This document shows positions 38,351-48,144 of a DNA stretch of 64,000 nt, piece after piece (positions within the stretch are counted from its first letter, which is position 1; each line of letters starts with the position of its first letter). The translations under genes and the position numbers were made by a program. The notes under the pieces were generated by a model that saw only the letters and a program-made list of their open reading frames with translations, was not told the DNA's origin and made no database searches. Source of the DNA: a virus; IMG/VR virus record IMGVR_UViG_3300037963_003719, positions 32,001-96,000 of that record. One strand, 5' to 3'.

Positions 38351-38613
38351 TGTACATTCTAGCAATAAAAGGAAAAGAAACAGAAGGTGCCTATGCCCCC
38401 TCGGTGGATAGTGGTCAAATACTTTACCTGTTTCTAGATGCAGAGGATGCTGAACGGCATTCTGAATTGCTTGCTGCTGATGACTATCCTGAGATGTCAG
38501 TAGTTGAAGTTGATGACGACGTTGCTATCCATATCTGTGAAGAGAATGGATACTCTTATTGTATTGTAACCCCTGAAGACATTATTATTCCGCCTAAAGA
38601 ATCTGATGATTGA
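38350..38613 (+). CDS. Conserved cyanophage hypothetical protein
   Basis: EGAYA..LYLF..EDAER..IVTPEDIIIPP; coupled between gp47 and gp46. Confidence 0.75.
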   Translation: MYILAIKGKETEGAYAPSVDSGQILYLFLDAEDAERHSELLAADDYPEMSVVEVDDDVAIHICEENGYSYCIVTPEDIIIPPKESDD

Positions 38614-40339
38614 GTTTAAAAGTATTAAATGGAAAAATTTCCTGAGCACAGGAAACAACTTTACTGAGGTAAATCTTAATAATCATAACAAAACATTAAT
38701 CGTTGGAGAAAACGGAGCGGGCAAGAGTACTATTCTTGACGCTCTTTGTTTTGGTTTGTTTAATAAACCTTTCCGAAAGATTAATAAACCACAATTAGTT
38801 AACTCTATCAACCTTGCTGACTGTAGGGTGGAGATCAATTTTACTATTGGCAGCATTGATTGGAAAATTAATCGCGGCATGAAACCAACAGTATTTGAGA
38901 TCTTCAAGAATGGTGTGAAATTAGACCAGAGTGCTTCTGCTGCAGATCAACAGAAATGGTTTGAGCAAAATGTTTTAAAACTAAACTTTAAATCATTTAC
39001 ACAAATTGTTGTTCTAGGATCATCTACCTTTGTTCCTTTCATGCAACTACCTGCTGCAGGGCGTAGAGAAGTCATTGAGGACATTCTTGATATTAGAATC
39101 TTTTCTACAATGAACACAGTTCTAAAAGATAGAGTCAAAGAAAATAAAGAAGCAGTGTCTGAGATTGACTATGCTATCTCTATTCTAAAGGAAAAGGTTG
39201 ATGTTCAGAAACGTTTTATTGAAGATCTTAAGAAACAAGGACAAGACAATGTAGTTCTTTGGGAAGAAGAGATTACTAAAATGGAACGGGAGATGGAATC
39301 TAATCGTCTTGAATGTGAACGCTACATGCGGGATCTTGATACGATGACAAAACAAATGAATGACTATCCTAATCCTCAAGAAGAACTTGATAAGTTGAAT
39401 GAATTTCACATCAAGTTTAGATCTAAGATCAAGGACATGGAAAGTTCAATTAAGTTTTTGACTTCTAATGATGTTTGTCCTACATGTAATCAGGACATTA
39501 CTGATGACTTTAAGAATCAGAACATTACCAGTGGCAAAGAAAAGATTAACAAACTTCAATCTGCCCTAGAAGATATTGATGGTAAAGAGAAAGTTTTAAA
39601 TGACTCTCTGCATCAACGTAATAAAATTCAAAAAGAAATTACTCAGATTCAAAATAAAATCAAAAATTGTTTTTCCACACTCAATTGGAAACAGAAAAAG
39701 GTAACGGAAACTCAAGAAAAAATTGAATCTCTCAAGAACAACACTGACAATGTTGATAGAGAACGTGAGAACATGAAAACCCTGATCTCTCAAGGTAAGG
39801 GTCAAGAACTTCAACGTCGTCAGATTGCTAAACGATCTACAGAGTTGAAGATCATTGCTGATATTCTTAAAGATGGTGGTGTCAAGAGTACAATCATTAG
39901 GAAGTATCTTCCTGTGATGAACACTCTCATCAATAAGAATCTTCAGGAACTTGAGTTCTACGTCAATTTCAATCTTGATGATACGTTCAACGAAACTATT
40001 AAATCACGATTTAGAGATGAGTTTTCTTATGCATCATTCTCTGAGGGTGAGAAGATGAGAATTGACCTAGCACTTCTGTTTACCTGGAGAGAAGTTGCTA
40101 AACTTAAGAACTCTGTCAACACAAACATCCTTATCTTAGATGAAATTTTTGATAGTTCTTTAGATGGAAATGGTACAGCGGACTTCATAAATATCCTCAG
40201 GACTGTTACTGATGGTAACAATGTGTTCGTTATCTCACACAAAGAGGACATGCTTCACGATAAGTTTGATAATGTGATACAGTTCAAGAAGGTCAAGAAC
40301 TTCTCCAAACCATTTCAGACCAATGGCACAACTCCCTAA
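38606..40339 (+). CDS. gp46: Recombination ATPase gp46 (Rad50/SbcC-like)
   Basis: GENGAGKS, CPTC zinc hook, FSEGEKMRID, LILDE. Confidence 0.97.
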   Translation: MIEFKSIKWKNFLSTGNNFTEVNLNNHNKTLIVGENGAGKSTILDALCFGLFNKPFRKINKPQLVNSINLADCRVEINFTIGSIDWKINRGMKPTVFEIFKNGVKLDQSASAADQQKWFEQNVLKLNFKSFTQIVVLGSSTFVPFMQLPAAGRREVIEDILDIRIFSTMNTVLKDRVKENKEAVSEIDYAISILKEKVDVQKRFIEDLKKQGQDNVVLWEEEITKMEREMESNRLECERYMRDLDTMTKQMNDYPNPQEELDKLNEFHIKFRSKIKDMESSIKFLTSNDVCPTCNQDITDDFKNQNITSGKEKINKLQSALEDIDGKEKVLNDSLHQRNKIQKEITQIQNKIKNCFSTLNWKQKKVTETQEKIESLKNNTDNVDRERENMKTLISQGKGQELQRRQIAKRSTELKIIADILKDGGVKSTIIRKYLPVMNTLINKNLQELEFYVNFNLDDTFNETIKSRFRDEFSYASFSEGEKMRIDLALLFTWREVAKLKNSVNTNILILDEIFDSSLDGNGTADFINILRTVTDGNNVFVISHKEDMLHDKFDNVIQFKKVKNFSKPFQTNGTTP

Positions 40340-40502
40340 CTGGCAACACCACTCTAAAAAGGACAAGCATGGTAAGGGAACTTGCAAAGGAAGAATCCGT
40401 GCAAGTAAACAATCCCTTAGACACTTGAAAAACTGTCACAAGACCTCCCATAAAGGGGGGTCTTTTTTTGTACAATGTATTCAGTTACATGAGGTCCCAT
40501 GA
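40323..40502 (+). CDS. Small basic hypothetical protein (59 aa, PNWQHHSKK motif), missing from the ORF track
   Basis: Own translation MAQLPNWQHHSKKDKHGKGTCKGRIRASKQSLRHLKNCHK...; its 3' part runs across a hairpin and promoter. Confidence 0.5.
   Translation: MAQLPNWQHHSKKDKHGKGTCKGRIRASKQSLRHLKNCHKTSHKGGSFFVQCIQLHEVP
40424..40476 (+). promoter_or_regulatory. Phage early-type promoter: CTTGAAAAACTGTCACA motif, hairpin, then -10 TACAAT
   Basis: Same motif and the same 30-nt spacing recur at 42636-42688. Confidence 0.65.
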
Positions 40503-42640
40503 AGTTTGAAATCAAAGAAACTCTTGCCAAACTTCTGGCAACTGAGAATCTGATCGTTGAGCACCGCAAGGTTAGCACTGCATCTTTTGATGTAGATCGT
40601 CGTGTCTTGACACTCCCCATGTGGGAAAGAGCACAACCTATTGTCTATGATCTGTTGGTTGGTCATGAAGTTGGTCATGCACTCTACACTCCTAATGTAG
40701 ATTGGAAGAAAGATAAGTATGCAAAAGTTCCCATGGGATTCGTCAACGTTGTTGAGGATGCTCGTATTGAAAAATTGATGAAGCGTCGTTATGCTGGTTT
40801 GAGCAAGACATTCTATAAAGGTTATCAGTCACTTCACAGAGATGACTTTTTCTCACTTGAGGATGAGGATATGGATGCAATGGCATTTATTGATCGTCTC
40901 AATCTTTACTATAAGATTGGTGCCTACCATATGATTTCGTTCTCTGATGAAGAGCAGATCTTTGTTAATCGTGCTGGCAAGATTGAGACATGGGAGGAAG
41001 TTCTTGATCTGAGTTATGATATTTTTGAGTACCTTAAGAGTAAGCAAGAGGAAGTTCCTCAAGCAAAAACTAATCTTGATGAGTTTAAGAATGGGCAAGC
41101 AGATGAAGAACAAAGCGTTGAGGTGGAGGTAGAACCATCTGATGATATTAACAAGGGTCCTGTAGACGATTCTGAGGGGGTCTCAGAGCATGATGAAGAG
41201 GAAGAGGAAAAGACCGAAACTTCTGGAACTTCTGGTGGTCAAACCAATGAGTTTGAATCTTCTACTGATACTGCTTTCCAAGAGAATCAAGAACAACTTA
41301 TTGACAGGCATTCTTATGAAACTGCATATCTTACGATCCCTGAAAAGATCGATCTAGATCGTATTATCCTGAAGTGTGATTCTCTTCAAGAATATATCTC
41401 TGAGTTTTATGATCAAGATCGATTCTGTGGTGACTCATACAACGCTCGTATTCTTGAGTCAGTTCGTCAAGAGTATTCCAAGTACAAGAAACATGCATCC
41501 AAAGGTGTCAACTATCTTGTTAAAGAATTTGAAATGAAGAAATCTGCAAATGCATATTCACGTGCTGCAGTTTCTAAAACTGGTGTTCTCGACTGCTCTA
41601 AACTTCATACCTATAAATTCAATGAGGATATATTCAAAAAAGTAACTGTATTGCCTGATGGTAAAAATCACGGTCTAGTATTCATTCTTGATTGGTCTGG
41701 ATCTATGGGTAATGTTATTCATGATACTGTTAAGCAACTTCTGAACCTTGTGTGGTTCTGTAAGAAAGTCAACATTCCTTTTGAGGTTTATGCCTTCACT
41801 TATGAGTTCCCAGTACGTGACATTGACTTTGATGAAGATCAAAATTTGAAAGAACTCCAAGAGCAAAAGTGTAATGATCTGTATCTGCACAAATCTTTCC
41901 GACTCTTGAATCTCCTTTCTCATACTCGGTCATCGTCTGAGTTTGATCGTGATTGCTTGAACCTGTGGCGTCTGTCCAACTTCACTCGTTACTACGGCAG
42001 TGAGTTGATCCCTAGTGGATTGTCTCTTTCTGGCACTCCTCTTAATGAAACCATTGTTACCCTACATCACATCCTTCCTCAGTTCATTAGAGAAACTGGT
42101 GTTCAAAAAGTCAACACAGTATTTCTAACTGATGGTGAGTCGAACGGTATTGGTCGTATTGTGAAAATGGATGAGAGGTATTATCCTGAGGGACGCTTTG
42201 GTAAGATCTCTGTCAACACTAATTGTCAACTTCGTGATCTGAAGAAAGGTCGTACCTATAAAGCGTTTAACGAACATCAATGGGAAACTAGTGGTACGAA
42301 CATTCTGCTGACTAATCTGAAAGATAACTTCCCTTCTGTTAACTTTATTTCTTATCGAGTTGTAGAGTCCCGTGATGTCAGCAATGTTCACTGGTATTAC
42401 AATGGGTATTATTCTGAAATCGACAAAAAGAAGTGGGCAAAGGAAAGGTCTGCTATCTTAAATACTACAGGTTATGATGCCATGTATGCCATTGCTTCAA
42501 CAGCGTTGAATCAATCTGATGATTTCCAAGTTGCAGATGAAGCGACTGTTGCTCAAATTAGAGCAGCATTTAAGAAATCACTCAAGTCCAAGGCAGCGAA
42601 CAAAAAGATTTTGTCTTCGTTCGCTACGATGGTCGCTTGA
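40499..42640 (+). CDS. Metallopeptidase-like (HExxH) plus VWA-domain protein (CobT-like partner)
   Basis: HEVGHALYT..NVVEDARIE; MIDAS motif LDWSGSM..GTPL..LTDGE. Confidence 0.85.
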   Translation: MKFEIKETLAKLLATENLIVEHRKVSTASFDVDRRVLTLPMWERAQPIVYDLLVGHEVGHALYTPNVDWKKDKYAKVPMGFVNVVEDARIEKLMKRRYAGLSKTFYKGYQSLHRDDFFSLEDEDMDAMAFIDRLNLYYKIGAYHMISFSDEEQIFVNRAGKIETWEEVLDLSYDIFEYLKSKQEEVPQAKTNLDEFKNGQADEEQSVEVEVEPSDDINKGPVDDSEGVSEHDEEEEEKTETSGTSGGQTNEFESSTDTAFQENQEQLIDRHSYETAYLTIPEKIDLDRIILKCDSLQEYISEFYDQDRFCGDSYNARILESVRQEYSKYKKHASKGVNYLVKEFEMKKSANAYSRAAVSKTGVLDCSKLHTYKFNEDIFKKVTVLPDGKNHGLVFILDWSGSMGNVIHDTVKQLLNLVWFCKKVNIPFEVYAFTYEFPVRDIDFDEDQNLKELQEQKCNDLYLHKSFRLLNLLSHTRSSSEFDRDCLNLWRLSNFTRYYGSELIPSGLSLSGTPLNETIVTLHHILPQFIRETGVQKVNTVFLTDGESNGIGRIVKMDERYYPEGRFGKISVNTNCQLRDLKKGRTYKAFNEHQWETSGTNILLTNLKDNFPSVNFISYRVVESRDVSNVHWYYNGYYSEIDKKKWAKERSAILNTTGYDAMYAIASTALNQSDDFQVADEATVAQIRAAFKKSLKSKAANKKILSSFATMVA

Positions 42641-42688
42641 TAAACTGTCACACTGATGGGTGATTACACATCACCCTACCGCTATACT
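42636..42688 (+). promoter_or_regulatory. Phage early-type promoter: CTTGATAAACTGTCACA motif, hairpin, then -10 TATACT
   Basis: Second copy of the 40424 motif with identical spacing. Confidence 0.65.
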
Positions 42689-42713
42689 AACTTTGTAATT
42701 GATTCACATCGCA

Positions 42714-43814
42714 ATGCCTCGTATGTCTAACCTCAACGTAAACGAAGTCACTCATTACCTGACTGAAACCTATGGTAGTCAGATCAACACCGAGGCAGTT
42801 CTCGCAGCTGCTGATGTGTTTGATGTCTCTTATCCCACAATTTGCAAACGTCTTGAAATGTACAAAACTGGTCGTGGCAAGTGGGACCTGACTGTCCAAG
42901 AAAAATTCGAGCAGACCTATCAAGCACCTAGTGCTATGCCTGCTGTAGAGCAAAACCTTATTCCACAGACCGATGATTCCTTCGTCAAGTTCGGCAATTA
43001 TAGCGACATTCGCAAGATTATCCAATCGAAAGTGTTTTATCCGACGTTCATTACAGGTCTTTCTGGCAACGGTAAAACGTTCTCTGTCGAACAAGCGTGT
43101 GCTCAACTCGGACGAGAACTCATCCGTGTAAACATTACTATCGAAACCGATGAAGATGATCTTATTGGCGGTTTCCGCCTTGTTGATGGCAGCACCGTCT
43201 GGCACAATGGCCCAGTCGTGGAAGCACTCGAACGAGGTGCTATCCTGCTCCTTGACGAAATCGACCTTGCCTCTAATAAAATTCTCTGTCTCCAGTCAAT
43301 TCTTGAAGGGAAAGGAGTATTCCTTAAAAAGATCGGCAAACGGGTTGACCCTGCAAGTGGATTCAACATCTTCGCCACAGCAAACACTAAAGGTAAAGGT
43401 TCAGACGACGGACGATTCATTGGAACTAACGTGCTCAACGAAGCATTCCTAGAGCGTTTCCCTGTTACCTTTGAGCAAGAGTATCCTTCTGCTTCTATCG
43501 AGAAGAAGATTCTCTCTGCCTCCTGTGATGATGAGAACTTTGTTTCTCACTTGGTTGACTGGGCAGGCATCATCCGTAAGACATTCTATGATGGTGGCAT
43601 TGATGAGTTGATCTCAACTCGTCGTCTTGTTCACATCATTCGTGCTTACACCATTTTCTCTGATAAAGCAAAGGCAATCAAGGTCTGCCTGAATCGCTTT
43701 GACGATGAAACAAAACAATCTTTCCTTGAACTCTATGATAAAGTCGATGCAGACATCCAACTTGAAGAATCTATGGAACCAGTACAAGAAGGTTCTATGG
43801 GAAACATTTCCTGA
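42714..43814 (+). CDS. cobS: CobS-like/MoxR AAA+ ATPase
   Basis: GLSGNGKT Walker A, LLLDEID Walker B, ATANTKGKG, AFLERF. Confidence 0.92.
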   Translation: MPRMSNLNVNEVTHYLTETYGSQINTEAVLAAADVFDVSYPTICKRLEMYKTGRGKWDLTVQEKFEQTYQAPSAMPAVEQNLIPQTDDSFVKFGNYSDIRKIIQSKVFYPTFITGLSGNGKTFSVEQACAQLGRELIRVNITIETDEDDLIGGFRLVDGSTVWHNGPVVEALERGAILLLDEIDLASNKILCLQSILEGKGVFLKKIGKRVDPASGFNIFATANTKGKGSDDGRFIGTNVLNEAFLERFPVTFEQEYPSASIEKKILSASCDDENFVSHLVDWAGIIRKTFYDGGIDELISTRRLVHIIRAYTIFSDKAKAIKVCLNRFDDETKQSFLELYDKVDADIQLEESMEPVQEGSMGNIS

Positions 43815-44385
43815 TCTTCAATTAGCAGATACCTGGGCACAGTGGTCTAACAAAGATGCTAACCTCTGTGCCAGTATCTACAAAAACCCCTACATCATCA
43901 AGTCCAGAGAAGTTGAGATATGGGATAAGAAATCCTCTATCTACAACAACATCATCTACCCAAAGACAGGAGCAAACCTACCTTGCTTTGGAATGGACTT
44001 GATGGGATTTTTTGAAAAGAAAGTCATTTTAGTATTTGACTTCCAACATCCTGTAGAGAATCATTTGTTCTCAGTTCCTGGGTTGCCGAAAGCAGAAGGA
44101 ACATTTAGATTCTTTGAACCAGGCAATCACTTCTCTGAGAATGTGTATGTTAGGAAATGCACAATGTCAGAAGTTAACAATTACCTTGATGACTTCCGTG
44201 CCTATTTACAAGCATACAAATCTATGCTAGAATCAGAGAAACCTAATGGGTTTGAAACATCTACTTACGGCGACTTCGACAAATACATGAAGAAGTTAGA
44301 TCCCGTGAGTGGTTATCTTGACAGCAAGTTTGGCAAAGAGAAATCTGAGTCACTTGTAAATGATTTTTTATTTTGCTATGACTAA
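43747..44385 (+). CDS. pebS: Phycoerythrobilin synthase PebS (ferredoxin-dependent bilin reductase); start uncertain (43699-43747)
   Basis: YPKTGANLPCFGMDLM..VFDFQHP..RFFEPGNHFS..LDPV..FVNDFLF-type motifs; both catalytic Asp positions (GMD, LDP) are present. Confidence 0.92.
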   Translation: MQTSNLKNLWNQYKKVLWETFPDLQLADTWAQWSNKDANLCASIYKNPYIIKSREVEIWDKKSSIYNNIIYPKTGANLPCFGMDLMGFFEKKVILVFDFQHPVENHLFSVPGLPKAEGTFRFFEPGNHFSENVYVRKCTMSEVNNYLDDFRAYLQAYKSMLESEKPNGFETSTYGDFDKYMKKLDPVSGYLDSKFGKEKSESLVNDFLFCYD

Positions 44386-44734
44386 TTCCTGGTCCTTACT
44401 TTATGATGTCTTAAAAGAAATGGATGACATGACTAACCAAAACCCTAACAGATTTAAATACAGTGAAGAGAAGATCCTCAAAGAATTGAGTGATTACATC
44501 TCTGGTACTTACAACGCACATTACTCTGCTGGTAATGACAAGATTCAAACTCTTGACTTGATTGATGCCTGTGGTGATGCTGAAGCATTCTGCAGATCTA
44601 ACATCCTCAAGTATGCCTCTCGCTATGATAAGAAAGGTACAGCAAGACGTGACATCATCAAGATCATGCACTATGCTGTTCTTTTGATGCACTTCAGCGA
44701 CAAGTCCACCGAACGTGAAACCTACAACCAGTGA
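44378..44734 (+). CDS. Conserved T4-like hypothetical protein (DUF3310-like); start uncertain
   Basis: TY.AHYS..IQTLDLI..FCRSNILKYASRY.KKG..DI.KI.HYAVLL. Confidence 0.8.
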   Translation: MTNSWSLLYDVLKEMDDMTNQNPNRFKYSEEKILKELSDYISGTYNAHYSAGNDKIQTLDLIDACGDAEAFCRSNILKYASRYDKKGTARRDIIKIMHYAVLLMHFSDKSTERETYNQ

Positions 44735-45429
44735 CTATGAAACTTTCTGACCGTACAAAATTCATCCTTAAGAATTTTTCTACGATTAACAACTCGATCT
44801 ATATCAAACCAGGATCTAAGATCTCTACCATCTCGGTAACCAAGAATGTTTTTGCTAAGGCAGAAGTAAAGGAAGAGTTTCCTGAAGCATTCGCAATCTA
44901 TGACCTTGGTCAGTTCATCAACGGTTGGGATCTCTTTGATCAATCACGTGATATTGATTTTGAATTCAACAACGAATCTTATCTTACAATCAAATCTGGA
45001 CGAAGCAAACTCAAGTATTTTTTCTGTGATCCTGATGTTCTGATTGTACCACCAAATAAAGAACTTGATCTTCCTGAAGTACAGTTCTCTTTCAAACTGA
45101 CAACTGAAGTTCTTGAGTCGTTGCTTAAAGCATCTAGGGTTCTTCATCTACCTGATCTCTGCCTGGAGTCCAAAGGTGATGACGTATCTCTATCTGTCAA
45201 AGACAAAGACAACGAAACATCTAACACTGTTTCTCACCATGTAGGCAAGTCAGAAACCTCATTCTGTTTTAACTTTAAAATGGAAACCATCAAGATTATT
45301 CCTGGTGATTACAATGTTGATGTCTGCACCAGAGCAGCAAAGTTTACTAGGGTCATCACTGCAGGAGATCCCTTGAGTCATCTTGAATATTTTATTGCTC
45401 TTGAACCCGATTCTGAATACGGAGTTTGA
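44731..45429 (+). CDS. gp45: Sliding clamp gp45
   Basis: MKLS..T..ILKNFSTIN..FAIYDL.QF..YFIALEPDS. Confidence 0.95.
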   Translation: MTMKLSDRTKFILKNFSTINNSIYIKPGSKISTISVTKNVFAKAEVKEEFPEAFAIYDLGQFINGWDLFDQSRDIDFEFNNESYLTIKSGRSKLKYFFCDPDVLIVPPNKELDLPEVQFSFKLTTEVLESLLKASRVLHLPDLCLESKGDDVSLSVKDKDNETSNTVSHHVGKSETSFCFNFKMETIKIIPGDYNVDVCTRAAKFTRVITAGDPLSHLEYFIALEPDSEYGV

Positions 45430-45433
45430 TTAA

Positions 45434-46381
45434 ATGTCTCGTAATGAATTTCTCTGGGTCGAAAAATATCGACCTAAGAAGATTGATGATTGTATTCTTC
45501 CTGAAAGCACTAAGAATACATTCAATGAATTTTTAACCAGTGGGCAGATTCCTAATCTGCTTTTGTTTGGAACTGCTGGTATTGGTAAAACTACTGTTGC
45601 AAAAGCACTCTGTGAACAACTAGGTGCTGACTATATAATCATTAATGGATCCGACGAAGGACGTGCAATTGACACAATACGGAACAAGGTCAAAGATTTT
45701 GCTTCGACCCTCTCACTTTCTAGTGAATCCCAGCACAAAGTCGTCATTGTTGACGAAGCTGACAACACAACCAGTGATGTACAACTCGCTCTACGGGCAA
45801 ACATTGAGGCGTTTTATGGTAACTGTAGGTTTATTTTCACCTGCAACTACAAAAACAAACTCATCGAACCCTTGCACTCCCGATGTGCAGTCGTCGATTT
45901 CTCCATCCCAGGAAAAGAAAAAAAGCAACTGGCAGGAACCTTCTTCGACCGTCTCAGGTTTATACTTGAGACAGAAGGTGTACAATATGATCCGAAAGTA
46001 CTTCCACAAATAATCCTAAAGTTCTTCCCTGACTGGCGTCGTACACTCAATGAGTGTCAACGATATGCAGTTGGTGGAGTTATCGATAGTGGTATTCTTT
46101 CTAGTTTGTCTGATGTCAGGTTCAATGAACTGACTAATGCATTGAAGGCAAAGAACTACACTACAGTTAAGAAATGGGTGTCTGGTAATCTGGACAATGA
46201 ACCCTCTCATATTTTTAGGTCCATCTATGATAATCTTTATCAGTGTCTGGAACCTAGGACTATTCCTCAGGCGGTATTGATTATTGGCAAGTATCAATAC
46301 CAATCTGCATTTGTTGCAGATCAGGAAATCAATCTACTTGCTGCCCTTACTGAAATGATGGTGGAGTGTGAATTCAAATGA
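45434..46381 (+). CDS. gp44: Clamp loader large subunit gp44
   Basis: LWVEKYRP, GTAGIGKTT, DEAD, PLHSRC. Confidence 0.97.
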   Translation: MSRNEFLWVEKYRPKKIDDCILPESTKNTFNEFLTSGQIPNLLLFGTAGIGKTTVAKALCEQLGADYIIINGSDEGRAIDTIRNKVKDFASTLSLSSESQHKVVIVDEADNTTSDVQLALRANIEAFYGNCRFIFTCNYKNKLIEPLHSRCAVVDFSIPGKEKKQLAGTFFDRLRFILETEGVQYDPKVLPQIILKFFPDWRRTLNECQRYAVGGVIDSGILSSLSDVRFNELTNALKAKNYTTVKKWVSGNLDNEPSHIFRSIYDNLYQCLEPRTIPQAVLIIGKYQYQSAFVADQEINLLAALTEMMVECEFK

Positions 46382-46950
46382 ACGTAAATGTTAAAAAGTT
46401 ATTTAAGACATTTGATTATAGTCGTGCAGACATATGGATGTCTCGACATAGTTTTAAAAATGAATCATCAGAAGATAACTTTGATAATGGCAGAGCATTA
46501 GAAGAAATTATTCAGTGGGCATCACACCATCTTCTTTCCAGGGATCCTGGTAAAAATGGATATGATCTTCTTGCTATTGATGATACTACCTTTGAATGTA
46601 AAAAGGTTAACTTGAATTCTAAGAAACCAAAGTTTGTTATCAAGAATGCTCATCCTAGTTCAAAGAAACCACCAAAAATAGTTCTTGCTGATTACTATGT
46701 TTTGGGTGATTACAAACAAAGAAAAATTTTGGTAATTCCCAAAAACAAAGTCAAGGTAGTTGCCACTGTAAAAGATACTGAGAAGTCAGATTACCACGGA
46801 TATTTCCAGTGGACTCATCAAGACATTGTTTGGATCGGTAATCCTGATTTACATGCTGAGCAATCTTGGGCAAGTATTAAGGGACAGGTTAGGGACTTGC
46901 TTTATCATAACAGTTGTGATACCATTGAACCCTCTAAAGTTTTACTATGA
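46378..46950 (+). CDS. Putative PD-(D/E)xK (restriction-like) endonuclease
   Basis: GRALEE..GYDLL..FECK catalytic pattern; ATGA-coupled on both sides. Confidence 0.55.
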   Translation: MNVNVKKLFKTFDYSRADIWMSRHSFKNESSEDNFDNGRALEEIIQWASHHLLSRDPGKNGYDLLAIDDTTFECKKVNLNSKKPKFVIKNAHPSSKKPPKIVLADYYVLGDYKQRKILVIPKNKVKVVATVKDTEKSDYHGYFQWTHQDIVWIGNPDLHAEQSWASIKGQVRDLLYHNSCDTIEPSKVLL

Positions 46951-47792
46951 AGTTGAAAACCCCATTGAGGTATCCTGGTGGAAAATCCAGGGCAGTTAAT
47001 TTCTTAGACAAGCATCTCCCACAATTTGACAAGTTCTATGAACCATTCCTAGGTGGTGGTTCTATGGCACTCCACGTGACTCAGACCCGTCCTAGGACAG
47101 AGGTGTGGGTCAATGATCTTTACTACCCTTTGTATTGCTTCTGGTTGTCTCTTCAGCAACATGGCAAGCGTCTTACGCATGACCTTCGAGAACTGAAGAC
47201 AGAACTAGGTGAAAGTTTAGATGCCCATCGTGAGGCATTTGAGAATTCTAAAGCAGCATTGGTAGGAACAGATGAATATCAGATTGGATTTAACTTCTAT
47301 GTTGTGAACAAGTGTTCATTCAGTGGATTATCTGAATCATCTTCTTTTAGTAAGATGGCGTCACAGCAGAACTTTACCTTCAGGGGTATTGATAAACTTC
47401 CATACATTTCTGAACTGATTCAATTCTGGAGAATTACTAATCAGGATTATTCTGAATTGCTTTATGGCACTGATGCATTTGTATTTCTAGATCCTCCTTA
47501 TGATATCAAGGATAACCTGTATGGTAAAAAAGGATCTATGCACAAAGGTTTTGATCATGAACTCTTTGCTGCACAATGTAATAACAGTCAACAAAAATGT
47601 ATGATTACCTACAACTCTGATGCATTTGTTAAGGAAAGATTTCCTGAATGGACTGCACAAGAATGGGATCTTACATATACCATGAGATCTACAACAACTT
47701 ACACACGTGACCAAAAGAAACGTAAAGAACTTCTTTTAACTAATTATGAGCAAGTACAACCATCCCTTGACGGATTACTTAAAGACGATTAA
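46947..47792 (+). CDS. dam: DNA adenine methyltransferase (Dam/D12 class)
   Basis: LRYPGGKS, EPFLGGGS, DPPY. Confidence 0.93.
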   Translation: MKLKTPLRYPGGKSRAVNFLDKHLPQFDKFYEPFLGGGSMALHVTQTRPRTEVWVNDLYYPLYCFWLSLQQHGKRLTHDLRELKTELGESLDAHREAFENSKAALVGTDEYQIGFNFYVVNKCSFSGLSESSSFSKMASQQNFTFRGIDKLPYISELIQFWRITNQDYSELLYGTDAFVFLDPPYDIKDNLYGKKGSMHKGFDHELFAAQCNNSQQKCMITYNSDAFVKERFPEWTAQEWDLTYTMRSTTTYTRDQKKRKELLLTNYEQVQPSLDGLLKDD

Positions 47793-48144
47793 TGAAACCA
47801 AAAACAATTTGATGGATGGTGATGATCCAGGTTGGGAAAAAGAATACCCTTCCTGGGTCATCACTAAGTGTTTGTCACATCATTATGACACGGTGTTGCT
47901 TGCGAATGAGATGAATCTCAACTCGCAACTTCCTAGTAAACTTCAGTATGATTTTTATATAAATATCGTTAGGAAGAGAAAGCGTTTCTCGCCCTGGGAT
48001 AAGAAAGTAAAACTAGATGATCTTGAGTGTGTCAAGGAGTACTACAATTATAGTACCGAGAAGGCACAAGCAACTCTAAAGATACTAAATAAAAAACAAA
48101 TTGAGTTTATTAAATTGAAATTAAACCGTGGAGGAAAAGCATAA
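47746..48144 (+). CDS. gp62: Clamp loader small subunit gp62
   Basis: ANEMN..LQYDFYIN..RKRKRFSPW..VKEYYNYS.EKA. Confidence 0.93.
   Translation: MSKYNHPLTDYLKTINETKNNLMDGDDPGWEKEYPSWVITKCLSHHYDTVLLANEMNLNSQLPSKLQYDFYINIVRKRKRFSPWDKKVKLDDLECVKEYYNYSTEKAQATLKILNKKQIEFIKLKLNRGGKA

Noticed and set aside
40499-43814. cobS/cobT as evidence of cobalamin synthesis
   Set aside because: This is the MoxR-AAA/VWA pair widespread in T4-like cyanophages, and no cobN or other cob genes are present in the window.
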